Shown piece by piece: positions 35,011-47,997 of a stretch of DNA of 62,394 bases; the first letter of the stretch is position 1; the number at the start of each line of letters is the position of its first letter. The stretch is from Octopus bimaculoides (taxonomy: Eukaryota), in NCBI RefSeq assembly GCF_001194135.2, contig NC_068993.1, positions 18,170,817 through 18,233,210 on the forward strand, written 5' to 3'. Both the position numbers and the translations under genes were made by a program. The notes beneath the pieces are model-generated. The model ran no database searches. It was not told the origin of the DNA and saw nothing but the letters and a program-made list of their open reading frames with translations.

Positions 35011-37424
35011 AACTTCTATGTTTTCTGCTAGCTACTCTTCTTTCTATAACCCTTTAGCATTTAAACCAGCCCATATCTCACCCAATTATTCTACTTGTAT
35101 TTTGCTCAAACCTACCAGATCTAGCTTCTCACCTATCCTATAATGTCATTCTAAAAATAAACAATTACATCAGAACCTTGAAGCTACAAGGTAATGCATG
35201 ATTAATTCTAAAGAATGTGAACAACTATGCATTACATTTAGCAGAATAATCTGAATAGAGTTAAACTTCCTGTAATATCCAAGTTCCATTGATGTTACTC
35301 ATGTAAAAAAAAAAGACATTAAATTCTTAATACATACATAAGGGTATATCAGTTTTTAGAATAAGTACACTATATCCCTGTGTGTTGTGAGAGGGAACTA
35401 TATTGGTTCGTATCAGGAAGGGTGTCTGGCCATAGATCACAGTGCCATCTGACTTTTACTAGAAGAATGCATGGTGGTTACATATTTTTCACATCATTAA
35501 GATACTACACAAAAGATAAGCTTCCTCTTCACAAAAATATTTCGTCTCTGAAAATATAATAACTGTCTTAATGCCATGTTGCATTGCTTGTCTTCATGTA
35601 GTGTATCTTTAACTGAATCAACTGGCAAGAAGAGCTAGCTCATCACTCTATATGCTGTATATACCCATAGGAACAACTGACCTTAGGTTTATCAACAAAA
35701 CACTCTTGTAAATAAATATAAACAGTCTAAAGGTTAAGTAGATGGGATTAGGTTATTATAGAGAAGAAAGAGTTAAATAAAATTTTGGTTATGGGTGTGA
35801 TACAGACCTGCTGACCTCTTGACTGGTCGTTAAGTTTTTTGCCAACCTGATCATTTACATTCGCAATTTATCCAAACGAAGCTCAGATTCACTTTATTCA
35901 GATTACTCATCCCACAAACAGCCACTGGGTATAGTAATAGTATTGTTTGTTTCCTTGATGTGTGTAGTACTGGTGTTTTGATGGTGTCTCGACAGAGACT
36001 GTGCAGGTTGCATGTGAGGGCATCTTGTGCATGCAAGATTAGAGAGGAATGAAGTGTGTGTGTGTGTGTGTGATTAGAAGTAACAGGATTAGACCATTAA
36101 AGAAGAGAAGAGTGTAAGCAAAGTACAAGGTAACAGAGCACATGAGTGTTAATACAATGTGGGTCCAAAAGACCACATAGATGCCATCTGCTGATGGTGC
36201 TGCTTGATAGGGAACTTCAAATTTGGGAGGTCAGAAATGGGTGAAACTTGTTCGTTGCCAGTGCCCCTGGACTGGCTCTTGTGCGGGTGGCACATAAAAT
36301 ACACCATTTTGAGCGTGGCCGTTGCCAGTACCACCTGACTGGCCTTCGTGCGGGTGACACGTAAAAGCACCCACTACACTCTCTGAGTGGTTGGCGTTAG
36401 GAAGGGCATCCAGCTGTAGAAACTCTGCCAAAATCAGATTGGAGCCTGGTGTAGCCAGTCAAATCGTCCAACCCATGCTAGCATGGAAAGCAGATGTTAA
36501 ATGATGAATGAAATATCATTAGGAATTGTATCAAAGAAATTGTTAAAATATTTTGTGTATGGTAGAAGTGAAACCAATTTATTGTAGATATATTTTAAGA
36601 ATAAAATCTTCTATGAACCCCCAAGGGTCATATGAACCCTGGTTGAGAACCTCTGCTTTACAGGGTTGCTTGATGTGCTATCATCTTAAAATACATAAAA
36701 GAAAAAAAAACTCATCAAGCATTCAGATTATTCTGTCAAATGTAATGCTTATTAACTCATATCGTTTTGAATTAAACATGCATTATCATGTTGCTTCAAG
36801 ATTTTGATGATGTGACTGTTTATTTTTAAGCATGGCATTATAGGTTTGGTGTAAGAGGCTGGATCTGGCCAATTTGCATATAAAACAAGTAGAATATTTT
36901 GGCCAGATATGGCCGGTTTAAATGGTAAAAGGTTAAGTTACAAATAAAAGTATGAGATGGTTATAGTCCTGATTGAAGAAGTCTTTAGTCATAAGTCTGC
37001 TCAATCTGGGCTCACTCAATCGGAACAACAGCCTATTTATCAACTGAGGAAGTAACCTCTTTGCTCTCTAAGTCTACTAGAAATAACAGCCAAATCTCCT
37101 TCAAAGCATGCATTTTCTACTCTCTTTTTAAAAAAAAGGGGATAATATACAATGGATGTGACTGTGTGGTAAGCAGCTTGTTTCCCAACCACATCGTTCA
37201 GCATTCAGTCCCACTGTGTGGCACCTTGGGCAGGTGTCTTCTACTATAGCCTCAAGCTGACCAAAATCATAAATCTGTGAATAGGTAATTATTGCTGTGA
37301 TTGTTTAACCCCAGGTCAACTCTCAGCTAGCAGAATTGTGATCAAAAGGTGCTCCACCCATGACCATCCTTATCATTTTAGAAGTAGTTCTCACACATAC
37401 TCAATCTAAGATTATTCTGTTTTT

Positions 37425-37838
37425 CTTCTACTTGTTTCAGTCATTGACTGTGGCCATTCTGGGGCACCACCTTAAGTTTTATTTGAACAAATCGACCCCA
37501 AGACTTATTTTTTAAGCCTAGTATTTCTTCTATTGGTCTATTTTGTAAAACTGATAAGTTATGGGGATGTAAACACACCAACATTGGTTAAGTGGTGTTG
37601 GGGGACAAACACACATGCAAAGATACACACAGAGACATATACATATGTGTGTGTGTGTGTGGTATGTGTGTATGTATGATGGGCTTCTTTCAGTTTTTGT
37701 GTATCAAATCCACTCTCAGGGCTTTGGTTGCCCCAAGGCTATAGTAGAAGACACTTGTCCAAGGTGCCACGTAATGGGATTGAACCCTGAACCATGTGGT
37801 TAAGAAATAGGCTTCTTACCACACAACCATGCCTGCGG
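37425..37838 (-). mobile_element. CORE-type SINE, antisense
   Basis: Reverse complement of the family seen at 48539-48953. Confidence 0.8.
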
Positions 37839-38801
37839 AGAATAAGTAATTAAAAATTCTGGGTTTTTCAAATATGGCACCTGCCATAAGGAAGAAAAGT
37901 AATTATTTAACATGCAAAGCTAGTCAAAAACCCTATTCAACACGATTATATTTCCTTATTGTGTTCATATATGAATGAGGGGAGCGAGTGAGTGTGCATA
38001 ACACAGGATGTATTTTATCTAAACTTGGACACTGTTCTACTAGTAACTATAAACATTGTATTGTTATCACATTCCAGTATAAGACTTGCTCAGAAATTAA
38101 ATCCATTGGTTACTTTGTTTCGAAAACCTAATTTTTGACTTCTCTTTTTGCTTGTTTTGTGTTCATGTTTCACTAACATAAATCTCTGAAAGATTACAGT
38201 ATTTAAATATAAAGTAGGGTATCTGTCTAAAATGTTTCACTAAAATTCGCTTGTATGAACAAGAATATAATTTTTTTTTTGTTTGTTTATTTTGCTCCTG
38301 ATATATCTATTTATATTTAGTTAGAACTAGTAGGTGCAGACATGGCTGTGTGGTTAAGAATCTTGCATTTGTGACCACATGGTTTTGGATTCAGTTGTCT
38401 CACTGTGTGGTACCTTGGGCAAGTGTCTTCTACTATAGCCTTAGGCTGATCACTACCTTCTGTGTGAATTTGGTAGATGGAAACTGGAAATGTGTGTGTG
38501 TGTGTGTGTGTATGTTATTTCTTTATTGCCCACAAAGGGCTAAACATAGAGAGGACAAGCAAGGACAGACAAAGGGATTAAGTCGATTACATTGACCCCA
38601 GTGTGTAGCTGGTACTTAATTTTTTGACCCCGAAATGATGAAAGGCAAAGTCGACCTCGGCTGAATTTGAACTCAGAACGTAATGCCAGACGAAATACTG
38701 CTAAGCATTTCGCCCAGCGCGTTAACAGTTCTGCCAACTTGCCACCTTATGTGTGTATATGTATGTATATGTATATGTGTGTATATGTACGTTTATGTAT
38801 A

Positions 38802-38834
<33 letters not shown>

Positions 38835-39159
38835 GACACATGGTCTAGTTGTTAGGGTGCTGCATTCACGATTGTGAGATCATGGTTTCAATTCCTAGAC
38901 CAGGTGATGCGTTGTAGTCTTGAGCAAAACACTTCATCTTATGGTGCTCCGTGATTGCTTCGACATCTGATGCGTGGCACACTGTGCGCCTGCTCAAGCA
39001 ACATTGATTTGAAGGCGCGAGTTAGCGCTAATGTACAGCATATATGTTTGATTATTATAAACAAATCATTTGTACTGGTCATTTGGCAAAAAGATGAACA
39101 CTCTTATGTCATCTTCGATGTGGGAGGCCATAATATATATATGTATATATATGCAAATC

Positions 39160-39300
39160 AAAGATAAAAACAAAAGTCAAAAGGATGTACACAGTAATTG
39201 CATTAGGCTGACACTCAATTTAAGGTGGTAAAAAGAGGGGTTGTGATGTTTCAAGCATGGCTCTTCATCAGAAAAAGGAAAGGCCTGGAGAAAATATGTT
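39160..39300 (-). mobile_element. Penelope-like terminal relic with a degenerate hammerhead motif
   Basis: Minus strand CTGATGA-agagccatgctt-GAAA-catc at 39271-39245. Confidence 0.45.
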
Positions 39301-40975
39301 TCAAACATTAGCTTTATAATGACACTGTTCTAAGTTCTTCATCATTTTCCAAATTAGTTGAATCAAAGACAGTGTACTTCAACAGAAATATAACAACAAA
39401 ACGGTTAAAGAGATTACATAAGGCTCCTGCGAAGTGGCCATTACTAATACAGCATCAGTTTTGCTGTAGGAAATAGTCTGCTACTGAAATCAACTGAGAC
39501 GCCATTTGGCATTAATGTTTAATGACACTTCACATTCCCCTTGCAGAAAACTACTACATCATCTTACTAAACTTCCCTGCACCACCTCTGCCAACTGATA
39601 CATCTGGCAATTAGAATGAAGACTGTGTCTGCTATCAAACATTAGATTAAGTGCTGACTAAAAGACAGAAACAATGGCTTTTTTTTTTTTTTACCACGTA
39701 TCTGCTTTTTTGCATAAATTTCAATTCTATTAAAATAACAGCAGTGATTGCAAATTGGTTGCTTTAATAAATTTCAAGAAATCTAGATTGTTTTGCATTA
39801 TAGGGTCAGTTTTATTTCAATATATCCTAAATCTGCACACTACCTTCACAGATGGTACTTTATCAAAGGAATTTTGAATTAGAACCTCTTATAATACCCT
39901 CAACCACATTCATCAGTTAAATGTTTCAGCTGTTTTTTTTTTTTGCTTTGCATGCATATTTTGCATACAAGGCAAACTTTATCACCGATATTAAATTTAC
40001 AATTTTCATAGCTTCTTGCTTTCTTTTTGTTTTTTTTTACACTTATGTTTAAAAAATCTTGTGATTATTACATAGATGATAAACTGAAGACATTTAATTT
40101 CTTAAAAGCAAAATGTAGTTTACGGGATTAAACATGGCAGCTGGTTTGAAAAAAAAAAAAAGGATTCCCTAAGGAGTTAGCAAATTGAAGTAGGGTGTAT
40201 TTCATGAATTCAGTCCAGATAACTACTACGGCACATAGTGTTTCAGCTCTAAAGAATAAGAACAACCTAGTGGTGGTGCATGCATGTGTGTGTGCTTGTG
40301 CCTGTGAGGAATTTCACTGACCTAGTCCTCATCAATTTGGAATGAAATCTATAATGCAAAAAAAAGTCCCTCAAAATAGTAATGTATTAACTCTTTTGCA
40401 TTCAGATTACTCTGTTGAATGTCATGCTTATTTATTCACATTGTTTTAAATTTACTATGCATTATCTCATAGCTTTGAAGGTTTGATGATGTGATCATTT
40501 TTAGAATGACATTATAGGATAGATGTAAGAGGCTGGATCTAGCTGGTTTGAACATTAAAATGGGTAGAATATTTGGGCCAGACATGATCCAATTTAAATG
40601 CTAAAAGATTAATGACACATGAATAAGGTGTGCTTGCTATTAGCAGTTTGGCAAGAAGAGACTGATAAAATAAATACCAGACATAAAAGAAAAAAAAAAA
40701 CTATAAGTAGGGACGATTTATTTGACAATAAGTCTTTCAGGGTGATCCTCCACCATGACAGCAATTCAATGATTGGAACAAGTAAAAGATGAAAGATAAT
40801 ATTATATATATATATATGTGCAAGATGGCTGTTGATTAAACAGTTGATTTCACAACTATATGGGTCAAAGTTTTTGGTTTTATTCTGTGGCATCTTAGAA
40901 AAATGCCACCTGCTTAGAGCCATGTTAAACAATACCTCATGAATAGAATTTGACAGATGGAAATTGTAATGGAGC

Positions 40976-41023
<48 letters not shown>

Positions 41024-41279
41024 CATACACACACAAACACACACATGATCTTTATATATTTTATATCATTTTTATCTTTATATTTTATATATATCTTTAT
41101 ATATCATCATCATCATCATTGTCATCATTTAATGTTCATTGTCCATGCTGGCTTGGGTTGGACGGTTTGACCAAGGCTGGTAAACTGAGGGGCTGCACCA
41201 GACTCCAGTCTGATTTGGANNNNNNNNNNNNNNNNNNNNNNNNNNNNNNNNNNNNNNNNNNNNNNNNNNNNNNNNNNNN

Positions 41280-41326
<47 letters not shown>

Positions 41327-41812
41327 CATACACACACAAACACACACATGATCTTTATATATTTTATATCATTTTTATCTTTATATTTTATATATATCTT
41401 TATATATCATCATCATCATCATTGTCATCATTTAATGTTCATTGTCCATGCTGGCTTGGGTTGGACGGTTTGACCAAGGCTGGTAAACTGAGGGGCTGCA
41501 CCAGACTCCAGTCTGATTTGGAATGGTTTCTATGGCTGGATGCCCTTCCCTATGCCAACCACCCCAAGAGTGTCATGGGTGCCAGTTGTGTGACACTAGT
41601 ATCCGCAATGACTACCATTTCACTTGACCTGATGGGTCTTCTTCTCAAGCACAGCATATTGCCAAAGGTCTTGGTCATTTATCATTGCCTCCATGAGACG
41701 CAATGCTTGAAAGGTGCTTTTATATATGATCTTTATCTTTTATCAGTCATCTTGTTCCAGTCATTAGATTGCAGCCTTGAAGAATTTTAGTCAAACTAAT
41801 CAACCTCAGTAT

Positions 41813-42076
41813 GTGGAGGCGCGTAGCTTAGTGGTTAGGGTGTCAGCATCATGATCGTAAGAGTGTGGTTTCGATTTCTGGACCAGGCGACGCGTTGTAT
41901 TCTTGAGTAAAACACTTCATTTCATGTTGCTCCAGTCCACTCAGCTGGCAAAAATGAGTAACGCTGCGATGGACTGGTGTCCCGTCCAGCTGGGGAACAC
42001 ATACGCCATTGAAACCGGGAAACTGGGCCCATGAGCCTGGCTAGGCTTTAAAAGGGTGCATTTATTTTTATTCTTC
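41813..42076 (+). mobile_element. Meta/V-domain SINE inserted into an antisense CORE-type SINE
   Basis: Perfect 14-bp TSD atcaacctcagtat (41799-812 / 42077-90). Confidence 0.9.
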
Positions 42077-42224
42077 ATCAACCTCAGTATTTATTTTCTT
42101 TTGGAGCCTGGTGCTTATTCTGTCCGTCTCTTTTGCTAAACTGCTAAGTTACAGATACGTAAGCATACCAACACTGGTTGTCAAGTGGCGATGGGGGGGG
42201 ATAAACACAAGACGCACACACCTT

Positions 42225-42270
<46 letters not shown>

Positions 42271-43129
42271 AAAGACAGGCATGACTATGTGGTTAAGAAG
42301 TGCTTCCCAGCCACATGATTTTAGGTTCAGTCCCACTGCTTGGCATTTTGAGTATGTCTTCCACTATAACCCCAGCTGACTTAAGCCTTGTGAGTGGATT
42401 TGGTAGAAAGAGACTGAAAGAAGCCTGTCATATATTGGGTGTATATAAAACTACCCGAGTATCCTATTGCTGCTGGATATTTTCATAATTGAATATCTTG
42501 GTGGACTTATGGAATAACACGCTCACATAAGTTGACANNNNNNNNNNNNNNNNNNNNNNNNNNNNNNNNNNNNNNNNNNNNNNNNNNNNNNNNNNNNNNN
42601 NNNNNNNNNNNNNNNNNNNNNNNNNNNNNNNNNNNNNNNNNNNNNNNNNNNNNNNNNNNNNNNNNNNNNNNNNNNNNNNNNNNNNNNNNNNNNNNNNNNN
42701 NNNNNNNNNNNNNNNNNNNNNNNNNNNNNNNNNNNNNNNNNNNNNNNNNNNNNNNNNNNNNNNNNNNNNNNNNNNNNNNNNNNNNNNNNNNNNNNNNNNN
42801 NNNNNNNNNNNNNNNNNNNNNNNNNNNNNNNNNNNNNNNNNNNNNNNNNNNNNNNNNNNNNNNNNNNNNNNNNNNNNNNNNNNNNNNNNNNNNNNNNGAA
42901 ATGCTTAGCGGTATTTCGTCTGCCGTTACGTTCTGAGTTCAAATTCCGCCGATGTTGACTTTGCCTTTCATCCTTTCGGGGTCGATAAATTAAGTACCAG
43001 TTAATGGGGTCAATGTAATCGACTTAATCCCTTTGTCTGTCCTTGTTTGTCCCCTCTATGTTTAGCCTCTTGTGGGCAATAAAGAAATAAGAAACTGAAT
43101 GAAGCCCATCGTACAAATATATATATATA

Positions 43130-43163
<34 letters not shown>

Positions 43164-44004
43164 TCCCCCACCATCGCTTGACAACCAATGTTGGTGTGTT
43201 TATGTCCCCATAACTTAGCGGTTCAACAGAATAAGTACTAGGCTTTAAAAAAAAAGTCCTGGGCTTGATTTGTTCAACTAAAACCCTTCAAGGCAGTGCT
43301 CCAGCATGGCCGCAGTCAACTGACTGAAACAAAAGATGAAAGATATATATGATAGTGAAATGGCCCTAAACACCACCTCACTCGCTTCCATTCAGTCATG
43401 GTGAAATACAAGCTACACGTGCTTAAATGGCAGTCAAGCATTTTCATAAATGTGAAATAGCTACGAACAGTAATGTGTTTATTTGTAGCACTGTGTATGT
43501 TCACTCTTACTCTAAGGTCAACCAATACTAGACAAAACAAAGATGAAAAAAATATGAAAGACAAATAGTCCAGCACGAAACAACTTTTATGTGTCAATAA
43601 CGGAACCTTTACATGGCAGGTTGACTTGCTAGAAATAATAGTTAAATATCTGAAATCAATTTAATGTTGAAAGAAAATAAAGGAGAATGGAGGGCGTATT
43701 GAATAATGTCATCAGAAATAAAGCAAACAGTAGGATCTTAGAGAAGTGGTTATGGTCTGTGTGAGTAATTAATGAGAATAATTAATTAAAAAATAGAATA
43801 AACTGATTTACTGTGAGGAATTAAAATAGTTTGGGCAGAAACTCTGGAGATGTGTTTAGTTGACACCATTTGAAAACATCTCTCTCTGAAGAAAGAGGTT
43901 TGCCTGAAATGTTAGACTTTTCTTCTTCTTCATAGCAAATCATTTCATTCTGTATTTGAACTGTTCATAGTCTGAGATAAACTACATTTGAAGAGACTGA
44001 ATAT

Positions 44005-44660
44005 CTTTGATCTCAGGTCAGTTAGATCTGGGCTGAGCTGGGTTAAACATCTTTTGTGTGTTTTTGATTCCAAGTCAGTTTGACCTGGAATCAAAAATAT
44101 CTTTTATATTTGATCTGGGCTGAGTTGGACTAAGCATTCTTTAAATAATTTTGATTCCTGGTCAGTTTGACATGAAATCAAAAATATCTTTAATATATGT
44201 TTTATATATCTTTTATATATTCCAATCCAGGTCAGATTGTAATACCTTTGATATTTACCTGGGTTAAACATCTTTTATACACTTTTTGCAGGTCATCTTG
44301 ACCTGAGATCAAAATCATGTTTTATATTTGCTCTGGAATGAGTTAGGCTAAAGAACATCTTTTATATATTTTTGATTTCTGGTCAGATAAATATACTTTT
44401 TATATTTGGTCTGGGGTAAACATCTTTTATACTCTTTTTGCAGGTCAGCTTGACCTGAGATCAAAATCATCTTTTATATTTGATCTGGAATGAGCTGGGC
44501 TAAACAACATCTTTATATGGCTTTAATCCTAGGTCAACTTGACCAGGGATGAACTGAAACTAAGCAGTATCTTATGTATACTTAATCATAACTCAACTTG
44601 ACCAGGATTGAGCTAGGATTAAATCTCTGTATAATTTTTACCTTAGGTCAGTTTGATGAG
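44005..44660. repeat. Imperfect two-module tandem array containing GGTCA-nnn-TGACC hairpin palindromes
   Basis: Module A tttgatctgggctgagttgggctaaacatctttt alternates with module B tttgattcc.ggtcagtttgacctg.ratcaaaa, about 5-7 degenerate units. Confidence 0.8.
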
Positions 44661-44782
44661 TGCTGATTGGGGTATAACTAACATCTGTTACATAGTTTAT
44701 ATTAAGTAATATTGATAGAAATGAAATGAATTTGTTTAAAATTTCTATTTTAGTAAAAGGTGTTTTCATTTTATTTTTAAAG

Positions 44783-44855
44783 GATAAAATGGAAGTAGTA
44801 AAAGACAAGTTGATGGAAGTCCAAGAATTCTACAACTGGACACTATCATTTTCTG
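44783..44855 (+). CDS. Elovl4: Elovl4-like exon: DK-MEVVKDKLMEVQEFYNWTLSFS (conserved ATG at 44789)
   Basis: Acceptor ttttatttttaaag|G (AG 44781-82) and donor TCTG|gtaagt (phase 1). MEVV...EFYNWTLSFS-D-PRV aligns without gaps to the teleost Elovl4 N-terminus as recalled (MEVV...EFYKWSLTIADKRV). Confidence 0.92.
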
Positions 44856-45645
44856 GTAAGTTACAAAAATGTAATATTTATTTCTGAAAAAAAAAATGCT
44901 TCTTGTTATTTGTAAATGTTTGAATTAATATTATCTTCATCAATTCTCTCATCAACATCTCACCTTTATTTTGCATGTGTGTGTCTACATCTATGTCTGT
45001 TTGTCTGTCTACACACACGCACGCATGCGTTATTATCCATATAAATGGCATCTTTAGGGTATTTCCCTAAGCAGTTCTATTTTCCTACACCTAACAGTAT
45101 ACATTTTTGTAGCTTTACTTAGTGATAATTCTCCCACTTCTGTGACAGGTATGGTGAAATCATTGTTTTGCTGATGAGGTTACAATAAATTTGAAACAAA
45201 TCTAGAGTTGTCTGCCATATTTGCTGAAATAATGCCCCCTCCATTATAGCAAGGCACCTGTTTCTGTCTCACTATAACATTTCATCTTCTGACACAAGAT
45301 CACCTCCTCAAATGCCCCTGTCTCCTCTCAAACTTCCATGTCTTGCATGTTACTTGGTTACCCTGCCAGTGCTGGTACCACATAAAATGCATCCAGTCCT
45401 CACTGTAAAATGGTTGATGCTAGGAATGGCATCCAGTTGTTAAAACCATGCCAAAGCAGACACAGAAGTCTGGTGCAGTCTTCTACTTGACCAGCTCCTG
45501 TCAAACTGTTCAACCCGTGATGATGATGATGATGATGATGATATATAACAAATGAGGGAAACAAAAAATGGCATTCACAAGAATCTTTATTCATCATAAC
45601 AGTTGTTTCGATCCATCTTGCATATATATACATATATATATGCAA

Positions 45646-45791
45646 GGAGTGGTTTCGGGTTCAGTCCCACTGCATGGCACCTTGAGCAAGTGTCTTCTAC
45701 TATAGCCTTGGGCTGACCAAAGCTTTGTGTGTGGATTTGGCAGATAGAAACTGAAAAAAACCCATCGTGTGTGTGTGTGTGTGTGTGTGTG

Positions 45792-45822
<31 letters not shown>

Positions 45823-45989
45823 ATCTGTGTACGTTTGTCACCCGCCCCCATCGCTTGGTTCGGCAAGGGAGACTGATAGAATAAGGACTAGGCTTACAAA
45901 GAGTAAGTCCTGGGGTCAATTTGTTCGACTAAAGGTGCTCCAGCATGATCACAGTCGAATGACTGAAACAAGTAAAAGAATAAAAGAAT
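45646..45989 (+). mobile_element. CORE-type SINE
   Basis: CORE-like segment, internal (TG)/(TCTG) tract and standard tail. Confidence 0.8.
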
Positions 45990-46584
45990 ATATATATATA
46001 TGTATTTGAAGTATACAAATGGGTAGTTAAGTTGTTTGCAACCATGTGGTTTCAGGTTCAGTCCCATTATACAGCAAATTGGGTGAGCATTTTCTATTAT
46101 AACCCTTGGTTGAGCAGTACTTTGTGAGTGTATTTGAGCAGTGTACACTCTGTGGAAGCCTGTTGTGTGTGTATGTATATATACATATATATATATATAT
46201 CAATTTAATACACAGTCAAAAGTGCTATTAATAGTTTTGTACCTTTTATGATATTTGAACAGGCATATTTATAAAATGCACCATGTATCTCCAAACAATC
46301 TTTCAGGCTCTGTTTATGCATTATATATATTTTAAAAAAATAAGGATGCTGGACACTGAAAAAATAAGTAAAAAAATGTGGAAAAAATGGGAAGAAGGTT
46401 GGTGCAATGAATGGAACGAGAAAAAAGAAATGAAATCAAGAAAATTAAGATCCTCGATCCCACTGAATACAGAACGCACATTAAATACAACTGGTTTAGA
46501 ACAAAGTAGCAGAAAATATGTCAAAGTCTGCAAGACAGCAACTTAGTCTGGAGCGGGTGGTGTCCTCCAATTTGATCAAAGAAT

Positions 46585-46990
46585 CCTGTCCATGTGTTTA
46601 CACTGGCTAAAAATTTCAGATCTGGAATTAAGCAGTGTATTGGAATTGCTGGATCTAAGAAGAATATCAGATCATTCTACTAATGCATAAGTTGAATTTC
46701 TTAGATCCATTAACATATGGCTTGGATTTCTCCTGTTCTACATTTAATTGTATGTGGTCTGGAGTTACTCTTCAAATTCCATTTGTGACTAGTCATACTT
46801 TTATTGATGTGCCGGAAAGAAGATTGGTGGTTTGTGTAATGTCTTTTGAATTTGCTCTCACATAACCCATTGTAATTCTCCTTTTGAACTGATTTGTCTT
46901 GGAGCGTAGCTGTAGTTTCAGCCTTGTATATGATGGAGTTTATCATACACACCTGGTCAGGTGGGGCAAACTTCAGGGTTTTGAGAGTTA
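46585..46990 (-). mobile_element. Penelope-like GIY-YIG endonuclease fragment (Elovl4 intron 2, antisense)
   Basis: CMINSIIYKA...YNGLCESKFKRHYTNHQSSF...SKPYVNGSKKFNLC...LLNSRSEIFSQCKH, with frameshifts. Confidence 0.8.
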
Positions 46991-47387
46991 CAACTAGGAG
47001 TGGTCTCTTGGTGATTTTTTATGAGGACACAAAGACCGGATAACGCAGTCTTTTTGCCTAAACTCCAGCTTTAAGCTCAAAGACGTCATTGTTGGGCCCA
47101 AGACCTAATGAAGAGCCCTCCACAGGAGCTAGCTAGTATATATATATATANNNNNNNNNNNNNNNNNNNNNNNNNNNNNNNNNNNNNNNNNNNNNNNNNN
47201 NNNNNNNNNNNNNNNNNNNNNNNNNNNNNNNNNNNNNNNNNNNNNNNNNNNNNNNNNNNNNNNNNNNNNNNNNNNNNNNNNNNNNNNNNNNNNNNNNNNN
47301 NNNNNNNNNNNNNNNNNNNNNNNNNNNNNNNNNNNNNNNNNNNNNNNNNNNNNNNNNNNNNNNNNNNNNNNNNNNNNNNNNNNNNNN

Positions 47388-47495
47388 TATATATATAGAT
47401 ATATATATCTATATAGATATATATATATATATAGATATATATATCTATATAGATATATATATATATATAGATATATATATATATATATATAGATA
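47388..47495. repeat. Self-complementary AT-rich microsatellite (ATATATCT/AGATATAT units)
   Basis: Directly visible next to an N gap. Confidence 0.85.
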
Positions 47496-47739
47496 TGTCA
47501 ATAAAGGCAGTGTGCTTTTATTAATTTGCTTTCCTCCATCTGGATGAAATATGATCATGTCTGCTATAGTGTGTATGGAAATTATTTAATATTTTCTCTT
47601 GTTTTCCAGCTTATTCCATTTGTGTATATGTGCATGTAAAAATGTATGTATGTATGTCTGTCTGTCTGTCAAGTTTATATTGTACTTTGATTTGGTTATA
47701 CATTTCTTTTTATTTCTTTCTGTGCTTTTCTCTTTCAAG

Positions 47740-47927
47740 ATCCAAGAGTTGCTGATTGGCCCTTAATGGATGGAATCTCAAATACACTTGCATTATCAGG
47801 ACTCTATCTCTTGATTGTCTGGTGTGGTCCTATTTACATGCACAAACGAAAGCCATTTGTTTTAAAATGGCCCTTATTCATCTATAACATTACACTAATT
47901 GCATTGAACTTCTATATATGTTTTGAG
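47740..47927 (+). CDS. Elovl4: Elovl4-like exon: (D)PRVADWPLMDGISNTLALSGLYLLIVWCGPIYMHKRKPFVLKWPLFIYNITLIALNFYICFE
   Basis: Long polypyrimidine tract with tttcaag|AT acceptor and GAG|gtaaat donor; 188 bp, phase 1 to 0. Contains ELO-family motifs D-x-R-V-x-x-W-P-L-M, G-P-x-x-M-x-x-R-x-P-F and IYN. The size matches the vertebrate ELOVL4 188-bp exon as recalled. Confidence 0.97.
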
Positions 47928-47997
47928 GTAAATGTTAATGAATTATTATTTTTAATTTGATTTTTCTGTTCTTGTTACTGTATGGTTACAATGTATA

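Noticed and set aside
40980-41520. About 240-bp direct duplication and 277-aa ORF 40957-41790
   Set aside because: The identical sequence flanks a short N gap; the ORF is microsatellite plus repeat read through Ns.
44005-44660. Repeat-spacer-like appearance (CRISPR-like)
   Set aside because: Eukaryotic context, degenerate units, related rather than unique spacers, and no cas genes.
47095-47135. CTAATGA-agagc...gagct next to the Penelope fragment
   Set aside because: No GAAA or stem III follows; too incomplete to call a hammerhead.
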